This document shows positions 25,396-39,291 of a stretch of 64,000 nt of DNA, in pieces. How positions within the stretch are numbered: position 1 is the stretch's first letter; every line of letters starts with the position of its first letter. Under the pieces are notes generated by a model that worked only from the letters and a program-made list of their open reading frames with translations, did no database searches and was not told the DNA's origin. The translations under genes were made by a program, and so were the position numbers. The stretch comes from Psammoneis japonica (taxonomy: Eukaryota), in assembly GCA_008632985.1 (NCBI GenBank), contig QPGO01000006.1:679138-743137 (forward strand). Direction: 5' to 3'.

Positions 25396-26014
25396 ATGGG
25401 ACTTTCATGTCCTGATGTTTCAAATTTCGGAGGGAAAAATGAAATTCCAAAAAACGAACAGGCACAAGACGTGTTGTCGTTAGCCACACTTCCAAGTAAG
25501 TTGCTGAATCTACTGTCCTGTACAATGGAAGAACTTATGAATAAGGCCACAGATGCTGACTTGGGTGACAAGATGCCAGTGTGAAGCTTGTGTTGGTGGA
25601 CTCTTTTCCGTTCTCAACAAACGAATCGAGGACAAGGATCAAAAGGAAAAGATTTTTTGCAGCATCGAGGGCTCACAAAAGCTTGCAAAGAAATACAACC
25701 ATGTGGAGGTGGTCAAAAAGGTGGCTCCCAAGCCGAAGGATCTTTTACCCAGGCCTCCAGGAGCCAAGGGTCCACCCCCTCCCGAGGTGATTGGGGGTGT
25801 TGTTGGTGGTGTAAAGGCATTTTCTAAATCACGCCGGGACGACCAGGATGCCGTTGCAATGGAGGATTTTATGGAAGCGGTTACAACTGGACTTGGCGCT
25901 GTAGAGGTTGACAAGTTGAAGAACTTTATTCCGGTATTCGCTTCGTTTGTTCATGAGAAGAGTGGCGTTGATGTCAGCAGCATCCTTGTGGTCCCAACGA
26001 TGGAAGCTGAATAG
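25396..26014 (+). CDS. Hypothetical protein, probably two exons
   Basis: Protein-like ORF 25553-26014 and a possible donor gtaag at 25496. Exact structure uncertain. Confidence 0.45.
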
Positions 26015-27410
26015 TAAGGGGTATGTAATTTCCACTCCAAGGAAATCACATTGTAAAAATAGAATAAAAGGGTTTGCAATTTCGGGTTTGTTGTTTTCAT
26101 CTAGAGGAGATCACATCGTAAACGAGACAGACGAGAGATTTCTGCTGCTACAGGAATAGGTTTCTTTCGTTCGTTTTTTTTTTTCCACGGGCTAGTTCGA
26201 GGGATACAGCAACAACGCTTCTTCGCAACGACGCATTAGCGATAAAATCAAATTGTTATGGATGTTCAGGAGTGTCTGAGAGAGCTACAGTGCCAGGTTG
26301 TCCATCTAAAAAGTTTCTAGAAGTTGGGAAACAGAAACTCACTTTCTGCATGTCGGGTGGTAGCTCCGAAAAAAAAAAGAAGAGAGATGACTCAAAATCC
26401 AAATCCCGTTATCATGTCGCAAAGCTCACCTTGGATTTCCCCGAGCACCATCCGGACCATCCGGCGGTATTTACGAAGTGCCTGTAAAGTCAAGAAGAGA
26501 GCGGCGAAGGTTTCAGAAAGTGTTAGTGTCTGCCCCGTAACTGTCTCGGTCGCGGTTTGGCTGTATCGGACCAGGTAATACAAAAGGCATCATTGTCAAT
26601 CTAGGAGTTTAGAATCCATCAATCATGCCGTAGTTTACATGGTCGGCAGCTTGCATTGCGTAGGAGCATGATTCTTCTCCAACAAAGAGTCAGATTCACA
26701 AAGTGTTTTCTCACCCGTACAGCTTTTTCGTTCCTCGGTGGCATCGATTGTCTGGACCAAATTGGTGTTTCAATGAGCGAGAAGGCAGAAACGAAGGAAC
26801 ACAAGGGTTTCACCTGAACCGTGGCAGATCATGAAGGCTACTTCTATGGCTCTGGTTCCTGTACCACGACCCGTTTTTCATTTCTCAAAACCGGCGCGAT
26901 CTAGATTTGCCATGGAGCCGACTGGACAGTTCCATTTTCAATATCACATTTCGAAGCGTTGCTTTCCTGTTTTTCGAAGCGATGTTGGTTTACAGCATCG
27001 AGGTTCATGTCATGGTGTGTATTACCGTACGGTAAGTACTGTAGCAAGTTGAAGTTCGATGGATTTCGAAACTGATTTAACGGCCATCGAACACCGAATT
27101 TTCAAAAAAATTGCGCGCGCCAAGCGCTGCTCTCGCACAGTTCGTCTTGCACGCACGCGATGCGGAATACACGCGTCGTTGCCTGTTGCCGCCATCATGC
27201 ATCGTCCATCACCATCACCCATCACTATCTCGCCACTCTCGAGTAATTGCTCCAGCAGGATACGGTAGGACGACCGCTTCAAAGGTGGAGGAATTTCGTC
27301 ATTCGTAGGTTAAGACGAGCGGAAATGTCAAGAGGTGCTGAGAGCTCTTGCATGGAGTCTCGAAGCTTCGTTAGTCCCTGTTTTCTTTGCTGCAACACAA
27401 AAGAACAAAA

Positions 27411-30400
27411 ATGTCACAACTCTCAGGGGCTCTGACCGTTCTCCTCATCCTTTCTCTCTCGCAACTTTGTTGCACCTCTACCTATGCTTCGTTCACCAAC
27501 CGGCAGCGCCATGGTCTGCATGGGGCTGATCCAGCTTCTTTAAGTCATATCCTGAATATGATCAGAGTCCTCTCGGGTGGAGCAGACGAAGAAGAGCTTA
27601 GCGTAATTCGCACCACGGACAATGACGCTTCATGGAACACACATGAAACCCATAAAACAATGAAACAAGGCATCAGGAGGCATCAACTCTCACATTTGAT
27701 TTCGTCCACTTGCGAACCTGATCCCATTACTCAAGAATCCTTTGAACTGAGAAAGGTATTTTGACTCGAACAAACGAATATTTGGAAGATCTTTTGACGA
27801 CAATGGGAATCAACCTAAAAAGCTACTGCACAGCATTGCGAGTCGTATCCCTGCAATCAAGCATTCTCCAGATTTCAGATTAAAGATTACTTCTGCACGA
27901 CCAACGGTCGATGCCGGAATTGCTGCCTTTTCGATTGGGCGGTTGCCCGAGCTTGTGAATTGTACCAGGCAAGAGCTCTACTGCAACGAAACAACGGGAG
28001 GAATCCACCAACGATGCAGCCTCTGACATTGTTGCAGATCGTCGCTTTGAGCAGCTCGTTGAATGTGTTTTATGTGGTGTCGATGTCAGAAAATCAAAGC
28101 AACAGGCAAAAGAAGCTTAGTACAAAGGAGAAGAGCGATAAAGCGGAAATCAACAACGAAGACGAAAGCACTGCCGAGGACAACCTTTCTGACAAAGAAG
28201 ACGAATTAGACTATTCTGAGGAAGAAGTTGCACAAATTTCCGAAGGTCTTTCGGTTAGAGATTCGTGTCGGGCTGCTTGGGGGTTGCATTGTTAGCGCGA
28301 AGAAGAGAAAAAAGCGAACAAATTGGAGGAGAAACCATTAACGACATTATTGTTGCTCTCGCCACCAGAAGTCGAGAATTGCTAATTACTCGATTGAAAT
28401 CGTTGAAAGGAAGCGCTCATGTCGAAGCACCGTCGCGATCTGAGAGGAAGGAAATTTCGAAGGGCCTGGCTCAGGATGCCGCATGCGCCATGTGGACGTT
28501 CGCTTGTGTTGATGCTTGTACGGGCATCAAGAGCTATAATCTATTCCAAGATTGCTGTTCGCTACTGTGTGAAGTTCCTCACCCGCATATCGACCTGGAG
28601 GCTGGTTTGGATGATTCGAACTATGCGGTCGATGAAGTGTTGGATCGTTTGGAAAATCGGAGGATGTTGGAGGCCCTGTTGATGGCGATTTGAAAGACGA
28701 ACACGAGAATCGCGACGCTGCTACTGACATTCTTTTGGACTCTCTCTCACCAAATGAGCTCACCGACGTTCTGTGGTCCATTGCCATGCATGGAACTGAA
28801 GCAGACGAAGCATCTGGTGCACAATCATCCGAGACGTCTTTGTTACGGGAAGAAGATCGGACGCTACCTGAAACTGTTGAGGCGCTGAGGGAGGTTGCAT
28901 TTGACCGTCTGGTGGCGTGGCTTCGTCGAGATCTCGCATTAGTATCTCGTAAAATCACAAGAACGGTACAAGCTCAGGTGAAGAGATGCCACTGGTTGAC
29001 GAAGAATCGCAGGTGGGTAATGATGGTATTGCCACATCCTCAGAAGACGCAACCACTGTTCCGGCTACGGCCGAGAATATAGAAACGACTGTTGATGAAT
29101 CGCTAATACTCTCTCATGGAGATGATTTGCAGCAAGGAGAAGAAGTAGAAGTTGTCGATGCCGCCACTCTTCTTGGTTTGTCCGCTGAGAATGATGTAGA
29201 CACCAATTTGGATGATGGCGGATCTGATAGCGCACCAATAGAGAGTTCCGAAAGCCCTGATTCATACGAGATTGATGGCCCCGTTGATGTCGAAGCGACG
29301 GTTGTTGACGAACCACCCGATCAATCGACTTTCCGGCTCTTTTCTGTGCACGATTTGTGCTCCATTGCATGGGCAGTCACTGATTTGCGCGATACTTTAC
29401 GTTTCTTGGTTGTGGATTTGGTCACCCAAATCTTTGCAGAGTTATCATCTGAGGGTTTGAAACGCCTACCTGGCTTTGACAAATCAAATCTTGTGTGGGC
29501 CATTGCAAGATGCTCAAGTAGGAAGCCACCTGAAACCGAAATGGAAGCACCTTTATCTCTCATGGTCGCCGAATGGGTGGCAGAGTCATGCCTGATTCAA
29601 TCTCAACCAAAAATAGACGACGACAATATCGCTTCTCACTCGAACTTGCTTGGAATCTTACGGCCACCTGAATTAAGTCGTCTTATGTGGTCCATGGCGT
29701 GCATTGTAAGATCTCATGGCGGGAAAACGACCGAAGAATCTGCAATTAGCAAACTGTCTCTTCATGCTCTCTGTGTTGCCAGCTCCAACTTGTCAATGTT
29801 TGTAACAGAGGACTTGGTACGACCACCGAACCATGCAGCTATTGTTATCCTTTTGAAGATACCTTGCACTGAGCACAATTGTTTTGTTTTGTCTTGTGTA
29901 TAGGCTCGAATTGGTTGGGCATATCTCGAACTTTGGGATTCGGACTACTTGACATCAGATGTCATCACTTCGCAGGCGCTTGGTAGAATAGTAGCCACGA
30001 TTGAAACCTCCTTACTGCGTTGGGAGAGTGGTCAGAAGAGTGATCAGTACTCGAGTAAATCTTCGGGAGAGAAGAAGAAAGCCTCTCATTCCGTACGCCA
30101 TACGACATTCTTCGGGAGACCACGTCTGTCAAAACTCATCCGACCCATGCTCGAACAAAGACTTGGTGGAGTAGATGAAGAGGACGAGGAAGATAGCGAA
30201 TCATTTTCTGTACCTCAGTCAACTACTCTTCCGCTACTTCGAGATCTCACGGTTGATCCATCAACTCTTTGCAAATTTGCGTCTGGGCTATGCAAATATG
30301 CAAAGCACAACAACGCTTTGGAGGATGTATGGACGACACTACGAGTGGCTGTGCGTCTTTTGACATCAAAGAACGGGCAGCTGCTAAAGCAGTGCGGTAT

Positions 30401-31744
30401 CCATAATATCGTACATCTCTGTCATGCTTGTGCGACTTTTCAAGGTGTCCCGACGACAGAGAATTGATATTGCGGCTAATGAGTCGTCGCACGGTTCAAG
30501 TCTTGAATGAATCATTTGAAGCTCAACGAGCGGCGAATGCTACTGTAGCCCCTTTGTTAGAGGCAGCTGCTCCGTGGGAGCTGTGCACTCTTTACTGGTC
30601 ACTGGGAAGGCTTGGAACTCGCCATTGTGTGAGCGACAAGAATGTTAGAATGGCGCATCGAAGGCTGCACCTTGTGACATCGTCCCCGCTTCTTTCAGAG
30701 GATCAACTAGTGGACCTTTCCTTTACTTCGCTTATAGAGTTGGTGAGTCTTCTTCGCGAACGATGACCATGCTCTGTCGACATCCTAACCTTTCCTGCCT
30801 CTTTGCGAAGCTACATGGTATGGTATCCATGAACACAGAAGACAGAGCCTTGCTCAAACGGGTACTGGCTATGTTACGATCCAAGGCTTCGAGTTCTTCA
30901 CGATTCGGTGACTTGTGCGACCTGACAGAGTGCGTCGCTAGAGCGCAACGTGTAATTGCCCACCCCGCCTTGCTTCGATCAGGCAAAGGTATCTATCAAG
31001 TTCAGAAAGAGAAGAAGATACCCGAAAATGCGAGTCTGACGCCACTGATTTGACGAAAGGCGAAGGGTTGTCTAGAGTTATCAATGGCAACGAAACCGAA
31101 AATGAGTTGACATTAGCATTGGCCAATTCCTCCGATACCGAAAACGCGACTTTTGATTTGTGCAGTTCTCTCTTGGCAGACGTTGCCGAGAAGGCAATGG
31201 AAGAGCTACCATCCAGCACTGCATCGGAAATGAAGCGGCTCTTACTTGTTTACTCTGTTCTCCCTCTCAGGATGGATGAGCTTGTCGATGCAATAGAAAA
31301 ACAAGTCCGTTTCCGAGTGACTGCATTGAATCTGGCCACGTCTACAAACAGCAGTCCCGACATCAAGTCATTGGTGAAAGACGCGCTGACGACGCCGTGG
31401 AAGCAGCAAATGCCATTACTGAACGTTCAGATCAAGTTGAAATTCTCCACGACACCAATGAATACTCCAACTCATCCGCCTTGATCCATCGAAGTGCAGC
31501 ATCTGCATGCGAAGCTGTAGCTAGATTGGAACGGTTGGAACGAGGCGTAAACACCAATGCAGAAACAATATGTTCTCGTGTAGAAGAAAAGGCTGCTTTT
31601 GAGCTCGGAAGGTGTCAAGAGTTGATTGCAAGTTATCGCCGAATAGATTTCGGTACGGGTACTCGCGAAAGCCGTTATGACAAGAAACGAGGGTTTGGTA
31701 TTCAGGAATTGGCTCTCAGTCGTTTGCTTCCATTTGATGAATAA
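27411..31744 (+). CDS. Large hypothetical alpha-helical protein with signal peptide, split by introns and frameshifts
   Basis: Chain of protein-like ORFs (27387, 27960, 28265, 28690, 28986, 29949, 30428, 31050, 31397) with recurring E/DLxxxxWS/A helical motifs. Likely introns at about 29817-29903 and 30744-30810. Confidence 0.65.
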
Positions 31745-31855
31745 AGACACACAGATCCTACCTATGAACGTTCTTCGAGCACTTATTCCAGTTCCATCTT
31801 CCATAGAAACACATTGACCTGCCTGCAACAGTGGTGCACAGTCACACAGCAGCAT

Positions 31856-31878
31856 TCACACACACACACACACACACA
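31856..31878. repeat. (CA)n microsatellite
   Basis: About 11 CA units. Confidence 0.9.
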
Positions 31879-32101
31879 AGTCGTCATTGCTAGCTACTAC
31901 CGGTAGAGGGATAGAGTAGTACAGTAGCGACTCGACTCCAAAAAAGATGGCACAGTCTGTCTGTGCACCGGCGACAGATCGCCGACAGCACAGAGAACCA
32001 CATCAGCAAACCACCATGGCACATCAACAGTCAGCCGACGAGGACTGTTAGCACACGCCACGGCTCCCCCATAATTTAATTTTGCTACCAAACAAGATAC
32101 T

Positions 32102-32732
32102 ATGCATATCACTACGCTGTTCACACTTTGCCTGACGGTTGGCACCTGTCGTGGATTTGTGGCCCCACAACTCAAATCACGGCTGAATCTGTGCTTTTTA
32201 TGCGAACAGTTAGTAATTCGATGGAAACTGGGAATAACAACGAAGCGTCAGACACGTCTCTCGTTCAGCCTCATGCTTCGCGACGTTCGTTTGTACAGGC
32301 TGCTATAGCTGGAGCAGGCATGCTCACTAGTTTTCCTGCCTTTGCTGCCGCCGATTCGGTAGATAGCCTCTTGGCCGATTTGGAAGCTTCCAGGAAAAGC
32401 TCTCCACTGTACCCGATTTGTTACAGAGCGAAAAGTGGGATGAAGTCAGAAGCATTCTAAAGGTACCTCCTATTAACTATCTTTGGAACATGGGCGACGG
32501 GCAAAATACGCTGCTCAAGCTAGCAAGAGCCGTCGACAACCCGGAATTGATCGATCTGAAGGACGAACTTAGTCTTTCGATACAAATGTGTGATCAATTG
32601 ACGTATGACAATGTCTTTGTGTACTTCCAACCAGGAAATGGTAAGGTGAAGATTAAGGAACCAGTAGAACTGGCGGTCAAGGCAAACAAGCAGCTTACTG
32701 AAGCAATTCAATTGGCCAAGGAATCCTTGTAA
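32102..32732 (+). CDS. Plastid thylakoid-lumen protein (bipartite signal plus Tat RR motif), PsbQ-like helical fold suspected
   Basis: Signal peptide ending CRG-F, SRRSFVQAAIAGAGML...PAFAA lumen signal, mature part WDEVRSILK...TYDNVFVYFQPGNGK. Two frameshifts. Confidence 0.7.
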
Positions 32733-32864
32733 GCGCCGCAACACCAATACGCGTTGCTGTGACACGTAGAGGATTTCCATTAAGCAGTTTAGGGTCTCTC
32801 CGCTTTTCTAGAGATATCACAGCAAATAGAAGAAAAATTACAGGATCATCTGTTCGAATCATGA

Positions 32865-34039
32865 CTATGATTTTGCTTTATCCTTCTTCATTTCATCCTC
32901 TTTTACTTCTTTCACATCGTGAGCATCAATAATTTCATTCCGCAGTTTATTGGCTCCCTTTTCATCTCCCAGCACGGTCAAGAGCTCAGCCAAGCTGTGC
33001 TTGGTCGCCACCAAATCGGGATGACCTTCGTGCAGCAACTGAGATCGAACGTTGAGGGCAGCCTCATAGTATTGTTTGGCTTGCATCAATCTTCCTTGTC
33101 CTTGTTCTTGGTCATTGTCGATCGGCATTTGATAAAGACGGCTAGATTCTGTGCCGCAGATGCAGCCGAGAGCGTTGCAACTTTATTTTTTGCAAGTTTG
33201 CTAGAGATGCGCTTTCCTCGTGGATTCTCAATCGCGGTTTGCACGAAGCCTGCAAATGGCCATAAGCGACTTCCCACTGTTTCTTTGTTAATTTTGATGG
33301 ATTATTCTTTGTAGCTGAAAGTTGTTGTATGACTTGTGTCGCGATGGTTGCTCCAAGATTCGACGGGACGCCACGGTGTGAGGGTGTTCCGCTCCAAGCT
33401 CTACTTGGCGAATGTTTAGCGCCTCTTGTAGATACTCCATGGCTGCCTCGTTATGCTGTAATCTCTCCATGGAGGTTAGCGAGTCGTCTAGGAGAACTTG
33501 AGATCGATTGAGATTGCCCAAATTATGCAGCGCAGCAGCATACGATGCGTGATCTTCCCCACAACGTCGCCATAAATCCGCAACGCCTCGTGATAGGCTT
33601 TGCGTGAGTCTCCAAACGATCCCAACAACTTGCGCATGAGACCAATATTGTTGTACGCTGTCGCGGTTGCCGGATGGTTCCTTCCAAAATGATCCTGAGT
33701 GACTGTTAATAATTTCAGTGAGGATTCCAACGCACCGCTGTAATCACCGTGCTTGTGTGCGAGACGAACATGAGTCTGCAATTCCAAAATTTCTTCCTCC
33801 TTTTCACGATCCACCACGACCCCTTCTGACATGCCTCCATCATGAGGCTTAACGTCGTCTGCACGGGTTTCAGTCACTTTAATATCATTGGCAATACCGC
33901 GATGTTGTTGTTGTTGTTGATAAGAAGTAGGAAGAAACTGCTGGTGTCGCAAAAGCACCGCAGCTCGATGACGTGTCAGCGGCTGTTGCACCACTCTCCA
34001 GGTGGCTAACCTTAGAGTAGTTATCCTTGTAAAGAACAT
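32865..34039 (-). CDS. TPR protein (kinesin light chain-like repeats) with a mitochondrial-type presequence
   Basis: HPATATAYNNIG, EALNIRQVELGAEHPHT and HPDLVATKHSLAELL repeats across frameshifted ORFs. Confidence 0.8.
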
Positions 34040-34420
34040 TTTGTGAAATAGACGATATGCTCTGATGTGATGTGCGACAGGAGGTGGCGAGTGGCGACAC
34101 AACAACAAGCAACAGCAACAATAATAAGGTCTGCAGCGCCAGCAGCCAGCAGTGATGTCGGTGGGTCAAGACAGACAGACAGACAGTGGGCCTAAATAAA
34201 TGAGGTCATTTTATTATTGCCCTCAAATGACAAGGTTGCAGTTCGGACATTTTTGGAATTTATGCTGGTCACTTTTTGCCGTTTCCCTTCTTCTCTCAAA
34301 GGCCTTTCTCGTTTCTCATCAGGAACTGCTTCTGACAACGAGGTGTTCATGAAACCGCAATCTTCTGACTCAGTCTCAATGGTGTCAGCTGCATTGAAAT
34401 GAATTGAGACCACCGTGACG

Positions 34421-35897
34421 ATGCGTTTACCTACTATTGTTAGCGTTTGTCTCTCGATCCGTTTCTTGTGGAGCGTTGTTCACGCTCAATCGGTAACCAC
34501 CGTCGCTGTCTTCTTTCCGTTTGAGTCCTTTGACGTTCATGAAACATGCTACTCATGTGAAGACAGTCGAGATGAATGTCTTGAGTGGGCCAACGCCGGT
34601 TACTGTGAAGACTATGCGTACTACATGATTAAGAATTGCCGGCGGAGTTGTCATGCGTGTGAGAATGAAACAGAGTGAGTCATGCCTCGTACTGCGTCAT
34701 TGTTTAGCCTGAATGCACACACCATAATCTCACACATTGAAAAACTTTCGCGATGAGAAAGTTTTGAATTCGACATTGGAGCACCGCAAATACTTCATGA
34801 CTTTGAGTATGGTGACGAAGAGTTCACCGAGGATCTCCTGGATCTCTACGAAGAATCAGAAGAACACCTGAGGGCAGTAGCAAGAAATCCCATGATCCGA
34901 TTTGTTTTGCCATTGTGTAAGAATCTTGAAGAAGAATGCACATACTGGGCATTGTCAGGACGGTGTGATGAGGACGAATACTACATGCAAACCCACTGTT
35001 GCCCAGCCTGCCAAGCTGCTGGTCAATTGGCGTTTTTATCAAGATGCCCAATGGATCCTGATGAGCCCAACGCATGGGAATCTGGTGATCTTGACGACCT
35101 TTTTGAGAAAATTACAACAATGGAGGAATTCAAAGTGTTCCAGCCTCGTATTCATTCGCGGCCAACATTCCTCCCTGGGGACACTCGACGGACTGCAGGC
35201 TACACGCTGGGTCCATGGGTTGTAACATTGGAGGAATTCCTGTCTCAAGAAGAAACGGATCATCTTATCAAGTTGGCGGAAGAGACGGGCCTTGAGCGGA
35301 GCCTTGACGGTGGCGAGATGCGTCCCGATGGTACATCCGAAGCAGTCGAAATCGAAGGACGCACTTCCATGCAAACGTACTGCGAAGACGATTGCTACGA
35401 GGATCCGATAATGCAAAATGTTACCGATCGCATCACCTGGATGACCAACATTCCTGAAGAAAACGCAGATTACTTCCAGATGCTGCGATACCGTGTTGGC
35501 GAACGCTATCACACGCATCACGATTACCATAGCTACCAAATGTACACAGCATCAGGGGTACGTATGCTGACGGTCTACATATATCTCAATGATGTGGAGA
35601 TGGGAGGTGGGACGAATTTCCCGGGATTGGATATAACGATACAGCCAAAGCGAGGGAAAGCTTTATTATGGCCTAACGTCTTGAACGAAGACCCAGATAA
35701 AATTGACGAACGGCTACATCATGAAGGTGAGAGCTTAAAGACTTTCCTAGCGACCTTTCTTCCTGTCATTTTGATGTGCTAACGTGTGTGTGTGTCGTCC
35801 AGCACTTCCCGTAATCAAGGGATGTAAGTACGGGATAAACCTCTGGCTGCATCGACGAGGATTTAAGGCGCCCGCTGAGTTTGGCTGTGCGGAATAG
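34421..35897 (+). CDS. Prolyl 4-hydroxylase-like 2OG-Fe(II) dioxygenase with ShK domains, copy 1 (two introns)
   Basis: Signal peptide, two ShK-like CxxWAxxGxC modules, GRTS, HTHHDY, YLNDVEMGGGTNF, HE-ALPV..KY. Introns at about 34675-34761 and 35727-35802. Confidence 0.9.
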
Positions 35898-36314
35898 TTA
35901 ACCTGCTAGTTGCAATATTACAGCTAGCTAGACTACGTAATCGTGCTTCGATCTTCCCATACAAACCTGCCTGTTGGGAATGCGATCTTAGGTACTCAGC
36001 AACGCAACTTCAACTTTCGATTTCTCTCCACCTCAACGTCTTCCCTGTTTTCATTAGAATGCAGGGAGGCGAGAATGGGAGAATTGGAAATGTTGATGGG
36101 ACTGCTACATAAAGCCGTGGTCGCGGTTCACGATAGAAACCAGAATACATTATTTTTGTACTTGAATAACAAATACATGGCGCTAGAAAGCACTCCACAA
36201 ATCTCTTTCAAACGCAATTCGCCTCATCACATTTCTCCCTGACACCCTTACCCCCCTTCCCATGCCTTTCATCAACAAATCACGCTGCAAAAGCAACCAC
36301 AACAGCGGTTTCCC

Positions 36315-37640
36315 ATGTTGCATTCACGATCATCATCACTACTACTTGTGCTTTCGACTGCTCTGAGCTTGGCTCAAGCACAAGTTTGTTCGCGCCATCC
36401 AATCTTCTTTCCCAAGGAAGAGTTCGACATTCATGAAACGTGCTACTCATGCGAGGACCACTTCAAAGACGAGTGTATTGATTGGGCTTCAGTTGGCCAC
36501 TGCGAGAAAAGCCCTCACTTTATGATTAAAAATTGTCGGAGGAGTTGCCACGCCTGTGAGAACGAAAGTTTCGAGTTCGATCTAGGCGTGCCGCAGGTAC
36601 TCAAACTAAAAGGTATGCTTGATGAAGATGACAAAGAGTTCGAAGAAGAATTGATGGAAATTTACAATGACTCTCAGAAGCACTTACGAGCCGCAGCTAG
36701 AAATCCTGATATTCGGCATTTGTTGCCCAAATGCAAGAATAAGTACGAGGAGTGCACGGTTTGGGCAGCCGAAGGAGACTGCGACGAAAAGGAGTACTTT
36801 ATGAACACGAACTGCTGCCCGGCCTGTCAAGCGACTGGGCAGCTTGAGTTTCTTTTGAGATGCCCCATGAATCCTGATGAGCCGAGTGCATGGGAGCCAG
36901 GAGATGTGAACAGGTTCTTTGAACGGTTGACAACTCTGAAAGATTTCAAAAAGTACAAGCCTCAAGTCCATTCACGCCCGAAATACCTTCCCGGCGACAA
37001 GCCAAGCTCGACGACCTATCAGGATGGACCGTGGGTTGTTACCTTGGAGGAGTTCTTGACCGAAGATGAGACGGAGCGTCTCATTGAACTGGCTGAAGAA
37101 GAAGGACTTGAGAGGAGCCTTGACGGCGGAGAGATGCGTCCAGATGGCACTGCGGACGCCGTGGAGATTGAAGGACGCACCTCAATGCAGACTTACTGTG
37201 ATAGCGATTGCTTTCATGATCCAGTAGTACAAAACGTGACGGAACGCCTCACTAATTTGACACTCATTCCAGAAGATAATGGCGATTACCTCCAAATGCT
37301 GAGATACCGAGAGGGAGAACGTTATCACACGCATCATGATTATCATAGCTACCAAATGTACACGGCGTCAGGAGTTAGGATGTTGACAATCTATATGTAC
37401 CTGAATGATGTTGAGGAGGGAGGCGGGACACGTTTTCCTGATTTGAACATTACCGTAACGCCTAAACGAGGAAAAGCCCTAATTTGGCCAAGCGTGCTAG
37501 ACGACGATCCGGACTTGGAAGATGAACGACTCAGTCATGAAGCACTTCCAGTAATCAAGGGAATTAAGTACGGAACGAATTTGTGGTTCCACCAGCGGGA
37601 CTTCAAGACTCCAGCCGAGTACGGTTGCGCAGAAGACTGA
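36315..37640 (+). CDS. Prolyl 4-hydroxylase-like dioxygenase with ShK domains, copy 2 (intronless)
   Basis: Intact 441-aa ORF with the same architecture and long blocks identical to copy 1. Confidence 0.93.
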   Translation: MLHSRSSSLLLVLSTALSLAQAQVCSRHPIFFPKEEFDIHETCYSCEDHFKDECIDWASVGHCEKSPHFMIKNCRRSCHACENESFEFDLGVPQVLKLKGMLDEDDKEFEEELMEIYNDSQKHLRAAARNPDIRHLLPKCKNKYEECTVWAAEGDCDEKEYFMNTNCCPACQATGQLEFLLRCPMNPDEPSAWEPGDVNRFFERLTTLKDFKKYKPQVHSRPKYLPGDKPSSTTYQDGPWVVTLEEFLTEDETERLIELAEEEGLERSLDGGEMRPDGTADAVEIEGRTSMQTYCDSDCFHDPVVQNVTERLTNLTLIPEDNGDYLQMLRYREGERYHTHHDYHSYQMYTASGVRMLTIYMYLNDVEEGGGTRFPDLNITVTPKRGKALIWPSVLDDDPDLEDERLSHEALPVIKGIKYGTNLWFHQRDFKTPAEYGCAED

Positions 37641-37810
37641 GTTGGTAGGGCCCTAGCTTTGCGCAGTTTGTTAAATTCATAAGTATCAGTGGGTTAGCCT
37701 TTACGTCTGATTATGCAAGTACCAAGGGTTGCTTCGCGTTGACTCTTACTAATCTGAGCTTTTTGTAGAGGCGGCAACTAGAAGCTTACCAATTTCTACG
37801 CCTAAATCCT

Positions 37811-38590
37811 CTATTTCTTGGTTTGCGCATCTTGCCCCATTTTCAACACCATCCTTCGTGGCAAGAGCGGAATGACCCACTGAAGAATAAAGGACAAATC
37901 CCATTTGTTGACAACCACTAACCTTTTCTGCATCATGGCGTCGTACCCAATTTGCGCTACTCTTTCGGGCGTATCTCCATTTTTCACGAGCTCTATTCCC
38001 TCCAAATTGGCAACCTTTGCAAACTCCGTTTCAACGTACCCAGGACAAAGAACAGTAGATGTGATCCCTGAATCTCGCAATTCTTGATCGACCGCCTGCG
38101 AAAAGGAATTGACAAAGGCTTTTGTTGCAAAGTACGTGGCTTGCATTGGACCCGGCATGAATCCGGCAGTACTTCCTACATTCAAGACCTTTCCAGTGCC
38201 ACCACGCTTTTTTATGTCTCCCGCAAAGAGGTGTGTCAGCGTGACGAGGGACACGATATTCACCATGATCATGCTGACATCTTCTTCCACAGCCCGTTCG
38301 ACAATGGTTCCGTGTCCACCAAATCCGGCGTTGTTGATTAAAATGTCCACCACAAGGTTTCTCTTCTGTATTTCCTTCCAAAGCTCTTCTGCTGCGCCGG
38401 CTTTGGATAGATCTGATGTGACAACGTGTGCCTTGATGCTGTATTCGACCTCGAGCTCCTTCTTAAGTGCATCAAGCGCTTCTTTGCGACGCGCCGACAA
38501 TATCACGTCCCCACCTTGTTTGGCGTGGTAGACGGCGAGTGCCTTGCCAATACCCGCAGAGGCTCCTGTGATGAGTGCAGTGCTTGGCAT
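37811..38590 (-). CDS. Short-chain dehydrogenase/reductase
   Basis: TGASAGIG, NNAGFG, GSTAG and the catalytic YFATK motif. Confidence 0.93.
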   Translation of the reverse strand: MPSTALITGASAGIGKALAVYHAKQGGDVILSARRKEALDALKKELEVEYSIKAHVVTSDLSKAGAAEELWKEIQKRNLVVDILINNAGFGGHGTIVERAVEEDVSMIMVNIVSLVTLTHLFAGDIKKRGGTGKVLNVGSTAGFMPGPMQATYFATKAFVNSFSQAVDQELRDSGITSTVLCPGYVETEFAKVANLEGIELVKNGDTPERVAQIGYDAMMQKRLVVVNKWDLSFILQWVIPLLPRRMVLKMGQDAQTKK

Positions 38591-39291
38591 GATTATTAAT
38601 ATTGCGTCCTTTTGTGTGTGTGTGTGACTTGAAGTGATCAACAACAGAAAACACCCTGTAGTTGTTCTGTGACTCAGATGTGATGCGTGTGCAATTTGCG
38701 ACGAATGCAAACGACGGGGAAAAATGTGACGCCAGTTTTGCTCGCAATGAGTCAGATTTATGTATTATACAAATATTGAGAAATGGATTCACGTAAACAC
38801 GTCACGAGCTTCATTATCATCGTACAGTACGGGTTTACCGGTACCAGTTGCAGACGACTGCGAATTCTCTCCTCCAGTGCAGTAGCTCTAGAACTACAAT
38901 AAGGCTCTCTAGAGCTGTCAGCTATAGCGCAGTAGAGCCTGATTACCTAGGTTTTTGAGAAACTGCACGTCGACAATAGAATCAATCAAAACACAGCAGC
39001 AGGACAGAGGTCGCCCCTGAAGCTGCAAAGCCGCAACATTTGGGCTGCATACATAACTTCTCTCGAGACAAGCTTCGTATAGGTAAAACATTTGGCACAA
39101 AAAAGTATTGAAGCGAGAGCGACCATGATGCACGTCCCTTGTAAAGGTCGACATGACGTGAGACAAAAGAACAGCAAGTGGCAACTGATTGAATGCTCTA
39201 GACGAGCGCGCCTAGTGCCAACGAGTGGAGAGAGGAAGTTCGTTGCAGAAGACCACGATCATCTAAGAGAAGATTCAGGGTCAGATGGCAA

